From positions 8,742,001 to 8,806,000 of the forward strand of contig NC_043021.1 in assembly GCF_006345805.1 (NCBI RefSeq): a stretch of DNA of 64,000 nt, in the 5' to 3' direction. Position 1 is the stretch's first letter; every line of letters begins with the position of its first letter. This document shows, one piece after another, positions 13,321 through 24,427 of the stretch. The position numbers and the translations under genes were made by a program. The notes below the pieces were generated by a model. The model was not told the origin of the DNA, did no database searches, and saw only the letters and a program-made list of their open reading frames with translations. This stretch comes from Octopus sinensis (taxonomy: Eukaryota).

Positions 13321-13551
13321 AGGCAGCGAGCTGGCAGAAACGTTAGCACGCCGGGCGAAATGCGTTGCTGTATTTCGTCTGCCGTTACGTTCCGAGTTCA
13401 AATTCCGCCGAGGTCGACTTTGCCTTTCATCCTTCCGGGGTCGATAAATTAAGTACCAGTTACGCCCTGGGGTCGATGTAATCGACTTATTCCGTTTGTC
13501 TGAAATTGTTTGTCTCCTCTGTGTTTAGCCCCTTGTGGGTAGTAAAGAAAT
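13321..13551 (+). mobile_element. SINE family C (head GGCGGCGAGCTGGCAGAA, B box GAGTTCAAATTCC, CTTTCATCC...GGTCGATAAA central domain)
   Basis: Matches more than 10 copies in the window. Confidence 0.88.
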
Positions 13552-13570
13552 ATATATATATATATATATA

Positions 13571-13640
13571 TACAGAGTGTCACAAAATTAAGGCAACCAA
13601 CTTTTTTCAATTTTGCCAAAGCAAAATATTGTTATATTTC
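13571..13640. mobile_element. Possible Tc1/mariner-type terminal fragment (TA-CAGAGTGTCACAAAA)
   Basis: Only the terminus resemblance after a TA; no partner end found. Confidence 0.3.
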
Positions 13641-13904
13641 GTGTCTGAGCGTTGCAATGCAATGGTAAAAGAAACACAATTATGACACTATCACATTTAT
13701 TAAACACAAGTCACGTCTGTGTTCTTGTGTCGGTAGAGGAATAATTTCATTATTTAGTGGCAGTTACGGTTGATGTGTCTTAAGTGGCGTTTTAGACCGG
13801 GATTTGTGTTGCATGTCTTCTTGCCGATCGGACATGTAATGGGGCCTGGAAAATGTGATTAAAAATATCTTAATCACAGCAAATCAAGGTGTACAAGGGA
13901 ACCT

Positions 13905-14030
13905 TTCTTCTCCGCGTGGAGAGGGGCGGGCGGTATGCATGGGCGATTGGTGGTCTTCCATAAGACTTGTGCCTGGGAGGGTAACTTTCTAGGTGCAATC
14001 CCATGGTCAGTCATGACCGAAGGGAGCCTC
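13905..14030 (+). mobile_element. SINE family D, 3' part
   Basis: Matches the 3' half of copies at 31507 and 52162 (gtggagagggg...tatgcatgggcga...ctaggtgcaatcccatg...tgaccgaaggg). Confidence 0.8.
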
Positions 14031-14053
14031 AGATATATATATATATATATATA

Positions 14054-14440
14054 CTAGCAGTATCGCCCGGCGTTGCTCGATTTGTAAGGGAAATAACTAT
14101 ATAAGCATTTTTAGAGAGTTATAGCAAAAAGATGCATTAAAAATGGAAAAAAAATGATGGAAAATTTTTTTTAAATCGTTGACTCATCGTAGACATTTTT
14201 AGAGAGTTACTTCCCTTATATAATAGCGAAAAAATGCATTAAAATGGAAAAAAATTATGGTAAATTTTTTTTTAAATCGTAGACTCATCGTAGACGCGCG
14301 CTAATAACCAGAGAAGGGCTCGATATGAATCACGACTATAAGATACCCGGTTTTGGTTAAACTGCACCGCAAAATGTGGGAGTAGTTAGGAATCTAAATC
14401 GTAGGAGACAGACACACAACTTGACTTTTATATATAAAGA
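14054..14440 (-). mobile_element. Non-autonomous Helitron-like element
   Basis: On the minus strand it starts TC(TTTATATATAAAA) and ends CTAG, sits in an A|T dinucleotide, has GC-rich GAGCAACGCCGGGCG just upstream of CTAG, and contains an internal ~90-bp tandem duplication. Confidence 0.75.
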
Positions 14441-14441
14441 T

Positions 14442-14476
<35 letters not shown>

Positions 14477-14511
14477 AAATATATATATATGAAATGTATA
14501 TATATATATAA

Positions 14512-14725
14512 AGGCGGCGAGTTGAAGAATCGGTTAGCACGCCGGTCGAAATGCTTAGCGGCATTTCGTCTGTCGCTACATTCTGAGTTCAAATTCCGTG
14601 AGGTCGTCTTGGCCTTTCATCCTTTCGGGGTCGATAAATTAAGTACTAATAAAGTACTGGGGTCGATGTAATCGATTGTCCCCTCCCTGCAAAAATCCAG
14701 GCCTTGTGCCTTTGAAGAAAAGGAT
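14512..14725 (+). mobile_element. SINE family C variant with alternative tail (cccctccc...ggccttgtgcct)
   Basis: Family C head and central domain, different 3' end shared with 27068-27200 and 30615-30790. Confidence 0.8.
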
Positions 14726-14805
14726 TATATTTATTATATTTTTATTTTATTTCGTCTAGTTTCAGCTCACGAGCTGTGGCCATGCTGGGGCACCGATTAT
14801 ATATA

Positions 14806-14867
<62 letters not shown>

Positions 14868-14874
14868 AATCCAA

Positions 14875-15045
14875 ACAAGAAAACACAGAAAAAACACAGC
14901 AACGCGAGGACGTGGAACAATTAAAGTATTATTTGACGCTCAGGAAAGAAGGGAAGGAGGGTTTAACGTTTCGAGCAGAGCTCTTCGTCGGAAACAAGGA
15001 GAAGGAAAGATCCCGAGAAGGGAAGACAGAGAAAAAAATATTTTT
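14875..15045 (-). mobile_element. Short hammerhead-bearing element (PLE pLTR or retrozyme-like family)
   Basis: Shares the ctgagcgtcaaa-taata segment and hammerhead block with 17380-17560, 21831-21908 and 52610-52760. Confidence 0.65.
14961..14995 (-). ncRNA. Minimal type-I hammerhead ribozyme motif, core variant CCGACGA
   Basis: Reverse complement: guuu-CCGACGA-a-gagc ucu gcuc-GAAAC-GUU-aaac; helix I 4 bp, helix II 4 bp, palindromic AACGUU. Confidence 0.55.
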
Positions 15046-15465
15046 GCTGGTGGTGCTCAAGAGATCACATATATATATATGCAACACGCTTCCACACAGG
15101 ACCTGTCCAGCAAATTCACTCAAAAAGGCATTTGTGAGTGGAGTGGTATATTAGAAGACACCCAATGTGCTTCCCAGTAGGACCGAGCTCGAAACCGCTT
15201 GGCTGCAAAGCCAGTTTCTGAACCACACAACCGTGTCTGCGTCTGCTAGCGCAAAAAATATTCGACGGGTTTCGTTAATGTAAAGAATCTCGTATTTGAA
15301 GCTTTCCATCAGCACGAAGGGGATGGGTGGGGGAGGAAACTCAATTAGAAAATATGACAAGCGGTACATAGAATATATGAGAAATGAGAAATTGAAACAG
15401 TTCTGCCTGATGTGTCTTTAATGACCTTGAGACTAGCCTGAAGGTCAAATGTGTAGCTTATTCTT

Positions 15466-15467
<2 letters not shown>

Positions 15468-15503
<36 letters not shown>

Positions 15504-15741
15504 GCACACGTAGATAACCACACCCACTATCTATCTATCTATCTATCTATCATCTATCTATCTATCTATCTATCTATCAATCAATCAATCAATCTATCTA
15601 TCTATATCTATATCTATATATATATATATTATACATATATATGTGTATACACAAACACAAATATATCTATAGTTACTATATATACGTATACACACACACA
15701 CACACACACACATACACACACACGTAGATAACCACCCCATA

Positions 15742-15796
<55 letters not shown>

Positions 15797-15842
15797 ATAT
15801 ATATTATACATACACATGCACATACACACGCACGCGCACGCG
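15468..15842. repeat. Compound (CA)n/(TATC)n/(TA)n tract with an internally duplicated cacgtagataaccac block
   Basis: Two similar CA-gtagataaccac-TATC modules near 15468-15640 and 15690-15810. Confidence 0.8.
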
Positions 15843-16677
15843 CAGGTCAACTGATATATTCATAGAACCATTGCGAAATTCAGCCTCTTGTTTCATTTTC
15901 TCTTCATCTCCCCCCCACTCTTTTTTCTCTCTTTTTCCTGTTCCTACTCGCACCCCTCCCCCCATTCTTTTTCAATGGTTTATTATAACAAATTTACTAA
16001 ATCGGGTAAAGGTCCTTTGAAGGAATCACTTTATAACATCGTTCATTTCCTTCTTCTCTCCGATCCCTTTCACCTACCAGACATCCGGTGGGGACTGGAC
16101 GCTCCTCTCCACCCAACGAACCACCCGAAAACTCATGCAGTTTGTATTTATCCTGCCAAGTTTTTAAATAATTTAACACACTTTCACAATGGAAATTATT
16201 AATAGAATTTCTATCTGACTACAATATTTCGATTTTTGTCGTATTTTTGTCTGTTCTTGCTTGAATTTTTGCCATATCTATGATTGACTAGTTTTAAAAT
16301 AAAATGCAAAAATTAATATATATATATATGTATGTATGTATGTATGTTAGTAATATATACATACATGTATGTGTGTGTCTGTGGAACTCTATTGTCGGTG
16401 CTGGCTTCTTTCTATCTCTTCAAGGACAAACAAGATGGAGTTGAGTAATCTGTCCGTGGCAACATTGGTAGGGTGAAGATAAAATGAATTATTGTATTGC
16501 AATTTGTTCTTGCTTCAGCGGGCTTAAGATCTGACAAGGGGAAATAAATTTAACCAAATATTATGCGAAGATTTATTAAATTGGTCTACATATCTTAAGA
16601 TACGAGACCAACATATTATAGGGGGGAAAAAAACTATAATACAAGTCTTACCATCAATTCCTTTCCTGCCCATCAAC

Positions 16678-16764
<87 letters not shown>

Positions 16765-16813
16765 CCTACGTACCTACCTACGTACCTACCTACTTACTTA
16801 CCTACATATTTAC

Positions 16814-16881
<68 letters not shown>

Positions 16882-16915
16882 TGATCTATCTACCTATCTA
16901 TCTATCTATCTATTT
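16678..16915. repeat. (TATC)n/(TACC)n microsatellite
   Basis: Direct inspection. Confidence 0.92.
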
Positions 16916-17379
16916 AAACCTGCATATAATTTTGCATTATTGCATGTATGTTAAAAATCAAGTTGTATGTGTGTGTGTGTGTGTGTGCTTGTATGTGTGT
17001 GCATGTGTGTGTGCGTCTGTGTGTATGTGTGTGTGAAGCAATGACGAAATGTATAATTCCGTTGATAAATCAAGATAGCGTTTCCAACATCAAAGCTGGG
17101 ACCGTCAAGACTGCCTTTCTTTGACGTTCAACGTTTGCTAATCTTCAATATTTCTCCCCACCTCCTTCGCACTTATTCCCTACTTTGTGTTATTTCATAT
17201 ATTGCAAACATTAAATTAAAAAGAAATTTCATTTCGCACTTTCTTACTCAGAGACAGACAAGCACTCACACAGGTAGACAGTCAAGGGCACACACACACA
17301 ACCACACAAACACACAACCACACACAACCACACAAACACATGTACACACAATGTGGTAGCTTCTACAAGCATTTTTTTC

Positions 17380-17560
17380 TCTCCTTGTTTCTCTTCTTGT
17401 TTTTTTTTTCTGTGTATCTTTCTGTCGAAGAGCGTAGGCTCGAAACGTAAAAGACTTGTTCTATTTCTATCCTGAGCGCCATACTAATACATTCGTTGGT
17501 TTGTACTCCCACCTGCCTTCGTCATTTGTTATTTTTGAAACCTTCCCGTTATATATTCGA
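17380..17560 (+). mobile_element. Short hammerhead-bearing element (same family as 14875 and 52610)
   Basis: Pyrimidine-rich leader, hammerhead block, then ctgagcgccatactaatac. Confidence 0.65.
17417..17454 (+). ncRNA. Minimal type-I hammerhead ribozyme motif, core variant CUGUCGA
   Basis: ucuuu-CUGUCGA-a-gagc guag gcuc-GAAAC-GUA-aaaga; helix I 5 bp, helix II 4 bp, GUA triplet. Confidence 0.65.
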
Positions 17561-17904
17561 ATATATATATATATATTATATATATATATTATATTATATA
17601 TTATAATATACATAGAAAGAGAAAGAGAAAAATGGGAAATAGAGAGATAATAAAGAGAAAATAGGTTTGGTATTCTAAGCTTTATTGAACATACGCGCGT
17701 TTCAACGAAATTCTGAAATAAATAACAGTTTTAGAAACACTATGCTATCCCACTGATAAGTATCCTGCAATAAATACAAGAGATGTTAAAGCTTCATATA
17801 CACACACACATACATACATACATAATACATACATACATACATACATACATACATACATACATACATACATACATACATAATATATATTTATTTATATTTA
17901 TATA

Positions 17905-19004
17905 CAGGGTGCGTAAGGTATTTGAGGACACACCTTTTATGGGTCGTTGTTGCATTTTTTGCTAACTGTCTATAGTTTTGTTTCAGAAAATAACGATGGC
18001 AGACCCTCAGCTTACTCAAGAAATGAAGAGGCATGATGGTACTGTTTAAAAGTTGCTAGATCTTTCGTCTACAAAGTTTGTAAGGAGTTGGAGACTGAAG
18101 ATGGAAACGTATCACCAGTATCAAAGCATAAAAAGCATTCTAAACGCTCTGAAATCATCAGAACACCTGAATTTATCCATCAAGTTCAACAGGCCATTGA
18201 TTACAATCCCAGAAAGGCCTTGAGGTTAATTGCAAAATGATCTCCATGTGTCACAAGGAACAGTCAGAAATGTTGTCCACGAAGACATCAGATATAAGTC
18301 TTATATGATAGGGAAAGGTCAGTTTGTCAGAAAAAGCAAAGAAAAATCACTGCATCGGATCTAAAAGGCTCTTAAACAAACTGAAAAATCCTGCAGAAGA
18401 AGATTTGATTTGGTTTTTCTCAAATGAGAAGAACTTCGACCTAGATAAAAAAGTTAACAGAAGAAATGACAGATGATTATATGCAGACCCTTCTGAAGTT
18501 CCAAGTGTTTTGCATACAAAATTGCCTGCAACTGTTATGGTTTTAGGGGTTGTCAGCAATGAAGGGCGTGTGATGCCTCCTTACTTCTTTCCACAAGGCC
18601 TTAGAGTTAACACTGCTGTCTACATTGAACATCCTGGAAATAATTGTTAAGCCCTGGATAGACAGTGTATGCAATGGAGGGCCATATGTGTTTCAGTAAG
18701 ACTCTTCACTATCACACATGGCTCTAGTAACACAGGAATGGATGGTTGGAAGCTTTCATGATCACATAACCTCTAATATTTGGCCTCCTATTTTCCCCAG
18801 ATCTCAATCCATTGGACTATCACATGTGGAGCGTTGATCAGAGAGCTGTCAATGAACAAGCCCATAACACCAAAGATTCTTTGAAAGCTGCCCATAGTCA
18901 GAGTAATGTCCAAAATGAACCAGGACCACTTGATTCGAGCATGTACACGATTTAGATCTCATATAGAAGCAGTTGTTAAAGCTAAAGGTGGCTTTATTGA
19001 ATAA
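17905..19004 (+). pseudogene. Decayed Tc1/mariner-superfamily transposase of DD37D (maT) type
   Basis: TA-CAGGGTG left end; ATG at 17996; translated WFFSNEKNF, TVMVLGVVSNEGRVMPPYFFPQGLRVN, YVFQ*DS...WPP.SPDLNPLDY (37 residues between the last two Asp after one frameshift), RFRSHIEAVVKAKGGFIE*; several frameshifts. Confidence 0.88.
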
Positions 19005-19386
19005 CATTATAGAAATGTAGGTTGTTGATGCGAGGTTCTTGATAACTTGTATGACCGGTGAAATCTATATATTTGGAGCTTTAAGAGTAATTGTTGTAGG
19101 TGGGGTCCAGTTAGAATTTTCTACATCTTGCACAAAAAGTCCCTCAATAAGAATTGTTTAAAGATGTTGAACGAAACACTCATGTTTCCAGAGGTGAATT
19201 ATCCAAATTCAAAAAATAATTTCTCAGTATTCGACAAAGAAATTCTTCGAGGCGGTACCCCAGCATGGCTGCATTCTATATATATATATATATATCTCCT
19301 TAATTTTATGTATATATATATATATAATTTTATGTATATATAGGGAAATTTAACAATAAGTTATCTCTAAAATTGTCTATAGGAAT

Positions 19387-19666
19387 ACTCTTTTAGTCTC
19401 TTTTACTGTTTCAGTCATTTGACTGTGGCCATGCTGGAGCACCGCCTTTAGTCGAGCAAATCGACCCCAGGACACACGCATACACACACTCATACACACA
19501 CACCACAACACCACACACCACACTATATATATACATTATACGACGGGCTTCTTTCAGTTTTCGTCTACCAAATCCACTCACAAGGCTTGGTCGGCCCGAG
19601 GCTATAGTAGAAGACACTTGCCCAAGGTGCCACGCAGTGGGACTGAACCCGGAACCATGTGGTTCG
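19387..19666 (-). mobile_element. SINE family A, internally deleted and head-truncated
   Basis: Family A tail and CORE-like parts present; middle segment missing. Confidence 0.85.
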
Positions 19667-20708
19667 TAATATATATTGTTTTCTACAAAGTGATATATAT
19701 GCCCATATATGGAACCTATAATTTCTACTGACTTATTTTTAGTGTGGCACAGGTAAGGTCAGACCGAATTCAAAGCTTCAGATATCACATCGATAATCAC
19801 CTGAGGGGTCGAGAACGAGAAATCCCGAATAGCGATACACACTGATTGAGCCTTGAATCTCTCTCTCTCTCTCTCTCCCTCTTTCTGCTTGATATAGTGT
19901 GTGTGTACATGTATAGGTGTATGTATGTGTTCGTAAGTGTGCGTGTATGTATGCGTGTATATGTGTGTGTATGCATGCGGGGGTGTATGATTCGGCCAAC
20001 ATATCAATTTTGAATTTGCCCTCACATAGACCCCCGATACAGTAAATTATTCTAGTTTGCATATTTCTTTGTTTCAGACGGTGGAAGGGCAATCAAAGAG
20101 AGGAAGAAAAGATTTCTATAATTGCTGGTTAACAGCAATGAAAGTTATTTTAAAGATATATTTAACTGAAGAACTCTGAACCGCTGCACTGTATAATTGC
20201 AAAAGGCGACCATGTGAAACGATGACGACCAGGTAGGAAGATTGTTTCCTTCTCGAAATTTCGATCTAGTAACATGTTTAGATGTCTGTAATATCTGTGC
20301 TAAAGTAGAAAATGATGTCGGGGGTGAAGTGAAGGCGAGAAGCAGTGAAAAGTGAGGGGAACAAAAGCTGCATTTTCCCAGCAATTTATTGATTTTTCCC
20401 CCAAAATTATTTCGCTAACATGTAATTTATTAGCTAGCAGTCGACCACATCGTCGGTAAAGACGATAAAATTTCGTTCTAAAATCTTAGCTTAATTGAAC
20501 GTTGTATATTATTAGAATTTTTGATTCCATTCATCATACCTTTCTTTTCTTTGTTGCCTTTTTGCATAATTGTTTAAAATACAAGAGAACGGTGAAAAAA
20601 ATATAAATATATTTTCACCTCCTTTTTTTCATTTATTAATTGTCGATTTTTAGATTTAAAAACGAAATGCATTCAAAAAATATTTTTCAACACACAGAGA
20701 CATACTTA

Positions 20709-20740
<32 letters not shown>

Positions 20741-21340
20741 TAATCCCCAGTAGTATAAATCTAATACTATAGCAAACACACTACCTGCTCTAATGATCTC
20801 CATCATTTTCTTGCTTTTCTTTCATTTCTATGAATATTTCTGAAATTATTTTGAAAGCATCCCTAAATTAAATCGAACAGAGTCAGTGAAGGACAATGCT
20901 GTTATCCATAATATAATCAATTTTCTTTTAATTGGTTGAAAGATAGACATTTTGTTATGGGGAGGAGGCTATAATCGAAACTATCACACCTATCTGCTTT
21001 ATGATCGATTAATATACACAAGCAACATAAAATACAGACACACAGACACAAACATAATATTATATATATATATATATATTATATATATTATATATATATA
21101 TACATACATATATATATACATAGATGTGTATGTGTGCGTGCGTGTGTATTTATTGATGTTTATAGATACTTGTGTGTGTGTTGTCTTAATTAATGGATGC
21201 ACTATAAGCCATAAAATTGGAGAAAAGCGAGATAAACTAATGAGCAAATGTTTTTAATAAACACACACACATTCAAACCTTGTTAATTAGACACTGTGGT
21301 TAAAGCACAAGATTGTATCTCATTTGTCAGCAAAATTAAA

Positions 21341-21388
21341 TCCGATCTGACTAGTTTCAGTTTTGTTATACCTTCATCAGGGAGCGAT
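21341..21388 (-). ncRNA. Degenerate hammerhead ribozyme motif
   Basis: Reverse complement CUGAUGA-a-ggu...acu-GAAAC-UA-GUC with palindromic ACUAGU; helix I does not pair. Confidence 0.35.
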
Positions 21389-21830
21389 TAGATATTCTCG
21401 AAGCAGCAGAAAATAGTAGGTTATATTTATTTTTCTTGTCTAGGTAGAATGGAGTAAAACTAAATTTCCTTGTCTAATTTACATAACAGTGCAAGCGTGG
21501 CTAATAGGAATAACGAATTAATGAATTGATTACAGAAATAGAGTCGAAAAATTAAGAGAAAAATAAGATAAACTTATGAGCGTGTTTTATAAAAATTCCA
21601 TAAACAAGAACAGGTTTAGATATTACACACTTCATGTATATATATATATATATATATAGATTCATACACACACAAATATATATACATATGTACATATATA
21701 CATATATACATATATACATATGCATATACATATATATATCTATAATATATACTATGTATATACACATACACACACAATATATATATATATATATACATAC
21801 ATTTATACATATATATACTGTATATACATT

Positions 21831-21904
21831 TTCTGAGCGTCAAACTAATACACTTGCTTGTTTTTATACACCTGTCTTCATCTTTGTGTTTTCCTGTAAA
21901 TTTC

Positions 21905-21908
<4 letters not shown>
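21831..21908 (+). mobile_element. 3' fragment of the hammerhead-bearing short element family (no ribozyme part)
   Basis: ttttctgagcgtcaaactaatacacttgcttg matches the reverse complement of 52617-52645. Confidence 0.6.
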
Positions 21909-21938
<30 letters not shown>

Positions 21939-21949
21939 AGAGAAAAACA

Positions 21950-22450
21950 ACTAGTTTTAACTAGTTTTAAATCTCTGAGTGAGAAAAATGTAGTAACATA
22001 CTGAACAGTAAAGTCTATTTGCTTACACAATGTGGCAGTCCTATATGGGACGATGTTACTGCTTTTTACCCCCAGGAGAACATCCTTTCCAGCTGGCTAC
22101 TGACACATGGGCTGTGTCCGTATACTGTGAGCAAGGGTGTCTATTGCTCCCTTTCCAGCGTTAGCGATACCTGTAGACAAATGGTTTCTGGGTTGTTCCA
22201 CTTCCTCGGTACAGGACAATCGCCGGCTAGTGATGGCATCCACTTGAGCTTGCTCACAGTATATCATTTTAACGCAACACACAGTCACTGACCTCGTAAA
22301 GGAGAAAACAATTAGTTTTAAATCTCTGAGTGAGAACAGTAAAGTTTTATGATGTTATTCCTGCCATATTGTAATACACTTAACTGTTTGGTACTGTCAC
22401 TGCATATTTCTCGCTCAGAGATTTAAAACTAGCTTTTATCTTTACGAGAT
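21950..22450. repeat. Inverted-repeat-bounded segment with a third partial copy
   Basis: ctagttttaaatctctgagtgagaaaaatgtagtaaca (about 21961-22010) vs its reverse complement at about 22383-22434; partial direct copy at about 22313-22345. Confidence 0.7.
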
Positions 22451-22500
22451 GAGCGATGTGTGTCGCTTTAAAAGTAGATACTGTGAGCAAGGTCGACTGG

Positions 22501-23051
22501 CTATTTTCTCTTTTCCACTAGGCCGCTGTAGCGATAAATTTCTATTGAATTTTTTGCTACCCTAATTGACTAATTGATAATTTCTGAATAATTCTGAGAT
22601 TGAATCGGCAAGTTTATTATTACTGCTGATAAGTTGGGCGCGAATACGTCGGTCTTGAAAATTTTAAGACAGATATTCCGAGGCATCGATACAGACGCCT
22701 CGTGTATATTTGTCTCTCCCAGGTTTTTTACTGATGAAGTGTGAACTATGGTAGAGATTAGCTAATTTAATTTAATTAAAGCTAATTTAATCATTAATAA
22801 CACAGAAACTGATGCATCGTCTAAAAGTTGAATTAGGGTAAATGTTTTAAAATTTTCACCTAATTCTGAATTACTACTACTTGCAGGGTGTGGAGTTATG
22901 GCTGCTCTTTATGGTGGACGAATGGCCTGTTAAGGGTCACTCCTAAATTGTTATATTTATATTTAGTCTTTGACTATTTTCTCTTTTACACTAGGCCGCT
23001 TAGGTAGCGATAAATTTCTATTGAATTTTTTGCTACCCTAAATTGACTAAT
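22501..23051. repeat. Pair of ~75-bp direct repeats
   Basis: ctattttctctttt(c/a)cactaggccgct...gctaccctaa(a)ttgactaat at 22501-22573 and 22974-23051. Confidence 0.8.
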
Positions 23052-23056
23052 ATATA

Positions 23057-23107
<51 letters not shown>

Positions 23108-23111
<4 letters not shown>

Positions 23112-23246
23112 TGACAGAATGACAAAAACAGTATCCAAGGCAGTAAATAGTTGTCAGAACAATTATAAAGAAAAAGTCTTACACCTTTTCTTTATAAATT
23201 TTCTGAACACTATTTACAGCCTTGGACTTTTTATCTCATTCTGTCA

Positions 23247-23250
<4 letters not shown>
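23108..23250. mobile_element. 143-bp foldback (hairpin MITE-like) element within (TA)n
   Basis: About 68-bp imperfect inverted arms around the loop tcttacac; (TA)n on both sides. Confidence 0.75.
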
Positions 23251-23277
<27 letters not shown>

Positions 23278-23437
23278 GATATATATATATTATTATGAGT
23301 ACACCATGATACATATATGTGAGTGTGTGTGCATTCACATATAACACATATGGCGTTTCTTTTATGAAACGATTAAGAAAGACGAAAAACTCATCTCCAT
23401 GAGAGAAGAAAAGAAAATACGTTATCTTGCAATATAT

Positions 23438-23667
23438 ATTTCTTTACTACCCACAAGGGGCTAAACGCAGAGGGGACAAACAAGGACAGACAAACGGATT
23501 AAGGCGATTACATCGACCCCAGTGCGTAACTGGTACTTAATTTATCGACCCCGAAAGGACTAAGGCAAAGTCGACTTCGGCGGAATTTGAACTCAGAACG
23601 TAACGGCAGACGAAATACGGCTACGCATTTCGCCCGGCTTGCTAACGTCTCTGCCGGCTCGCCGCCT
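23438..23667 (-). mobile_element. SINE family C, full length
   Basis: Reverse complement of the family C consensus. Confidence 0.9.
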
Positions 23668-24164
23668 TTCGTTATCTTGCAATAATTGTTAGTAGCTTAA
23701 ATTAAAACCATTGTAAGGTTCGTTTCGGGAAGCCTAGCAAATTAGATAACTTATTTGCTTTATGTTCAAGTACTAGTACTAAATTAATAATGCTAGTGTT
23801 TCCCAAGTTTCATTAAGGAAAAGGCTGTAGCTGAGAATATCGAACGAATTCCTTTAATACTGCTTGCGTTTTAAGGGTAAATAAAGATGATTATAATATA
23901 AGATGGTTATAATATTGCTTCAAGGAACTGAAACTCTATTATTAGCAAATTTAAAAAGCATTACATGCGATATAAGTTGACAGACTTATATGCTGTGCTG
24001 TATAAATTCTTCATAAATGTTATATGCTGTGTTGTTTAAATTCTGAATGGTGAATTTATCATGTGGTAATCCTCAGTATACAGGTCTGATTCCCACATGA
24101 TTTTTTATTTCATTTTACGTCGGTCCGGTTTTGCACAGATGCATTCACACATATCTCTCTTATA

Positions 24165-24350
24165 TTTTATCGTTTACTTCTCTCAGTCATAAAACCGCGG
24201 CCATGCTGGAGTACTGCATTGAAGGATATAGTGGAATAAATCAACCCTAGTACTTGCTTTTGAACGCCTGGTGCTTATTCTACTACCCTCGTTTACCGAA
24301 CCACTAAGTTACGGGGACGTCAACAAACCAACACCAGATTTCTAGAAGTG
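24165..24350 (-). mobile_element. Old SINE related to the family A 3' half
   Basis: Diverged gcggccatgctggag...taagttacggggacgt similarity. Confidence 0.55.
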
Positions 24351-24373
24351 GTTACGAAAAGATAGATATACAG

Positions 24374-24427
<54 letters not shown>

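Noticed and set aside
13750-13860. Minus-strand TCPIGKKTCNTNPGLKRHLRH, a C2H2-like finger
   Set aside because: Single degenerate finger with no linker array; not evidence for a C2H2 ZNF gene, at most a LINE C-terminal remnant
16350-16545. Minus-strand acceptor followed by DLKP...
   Set aside because: The sequence after DLKP does not continue as a kinase catalytic loop and stops within 40 codons
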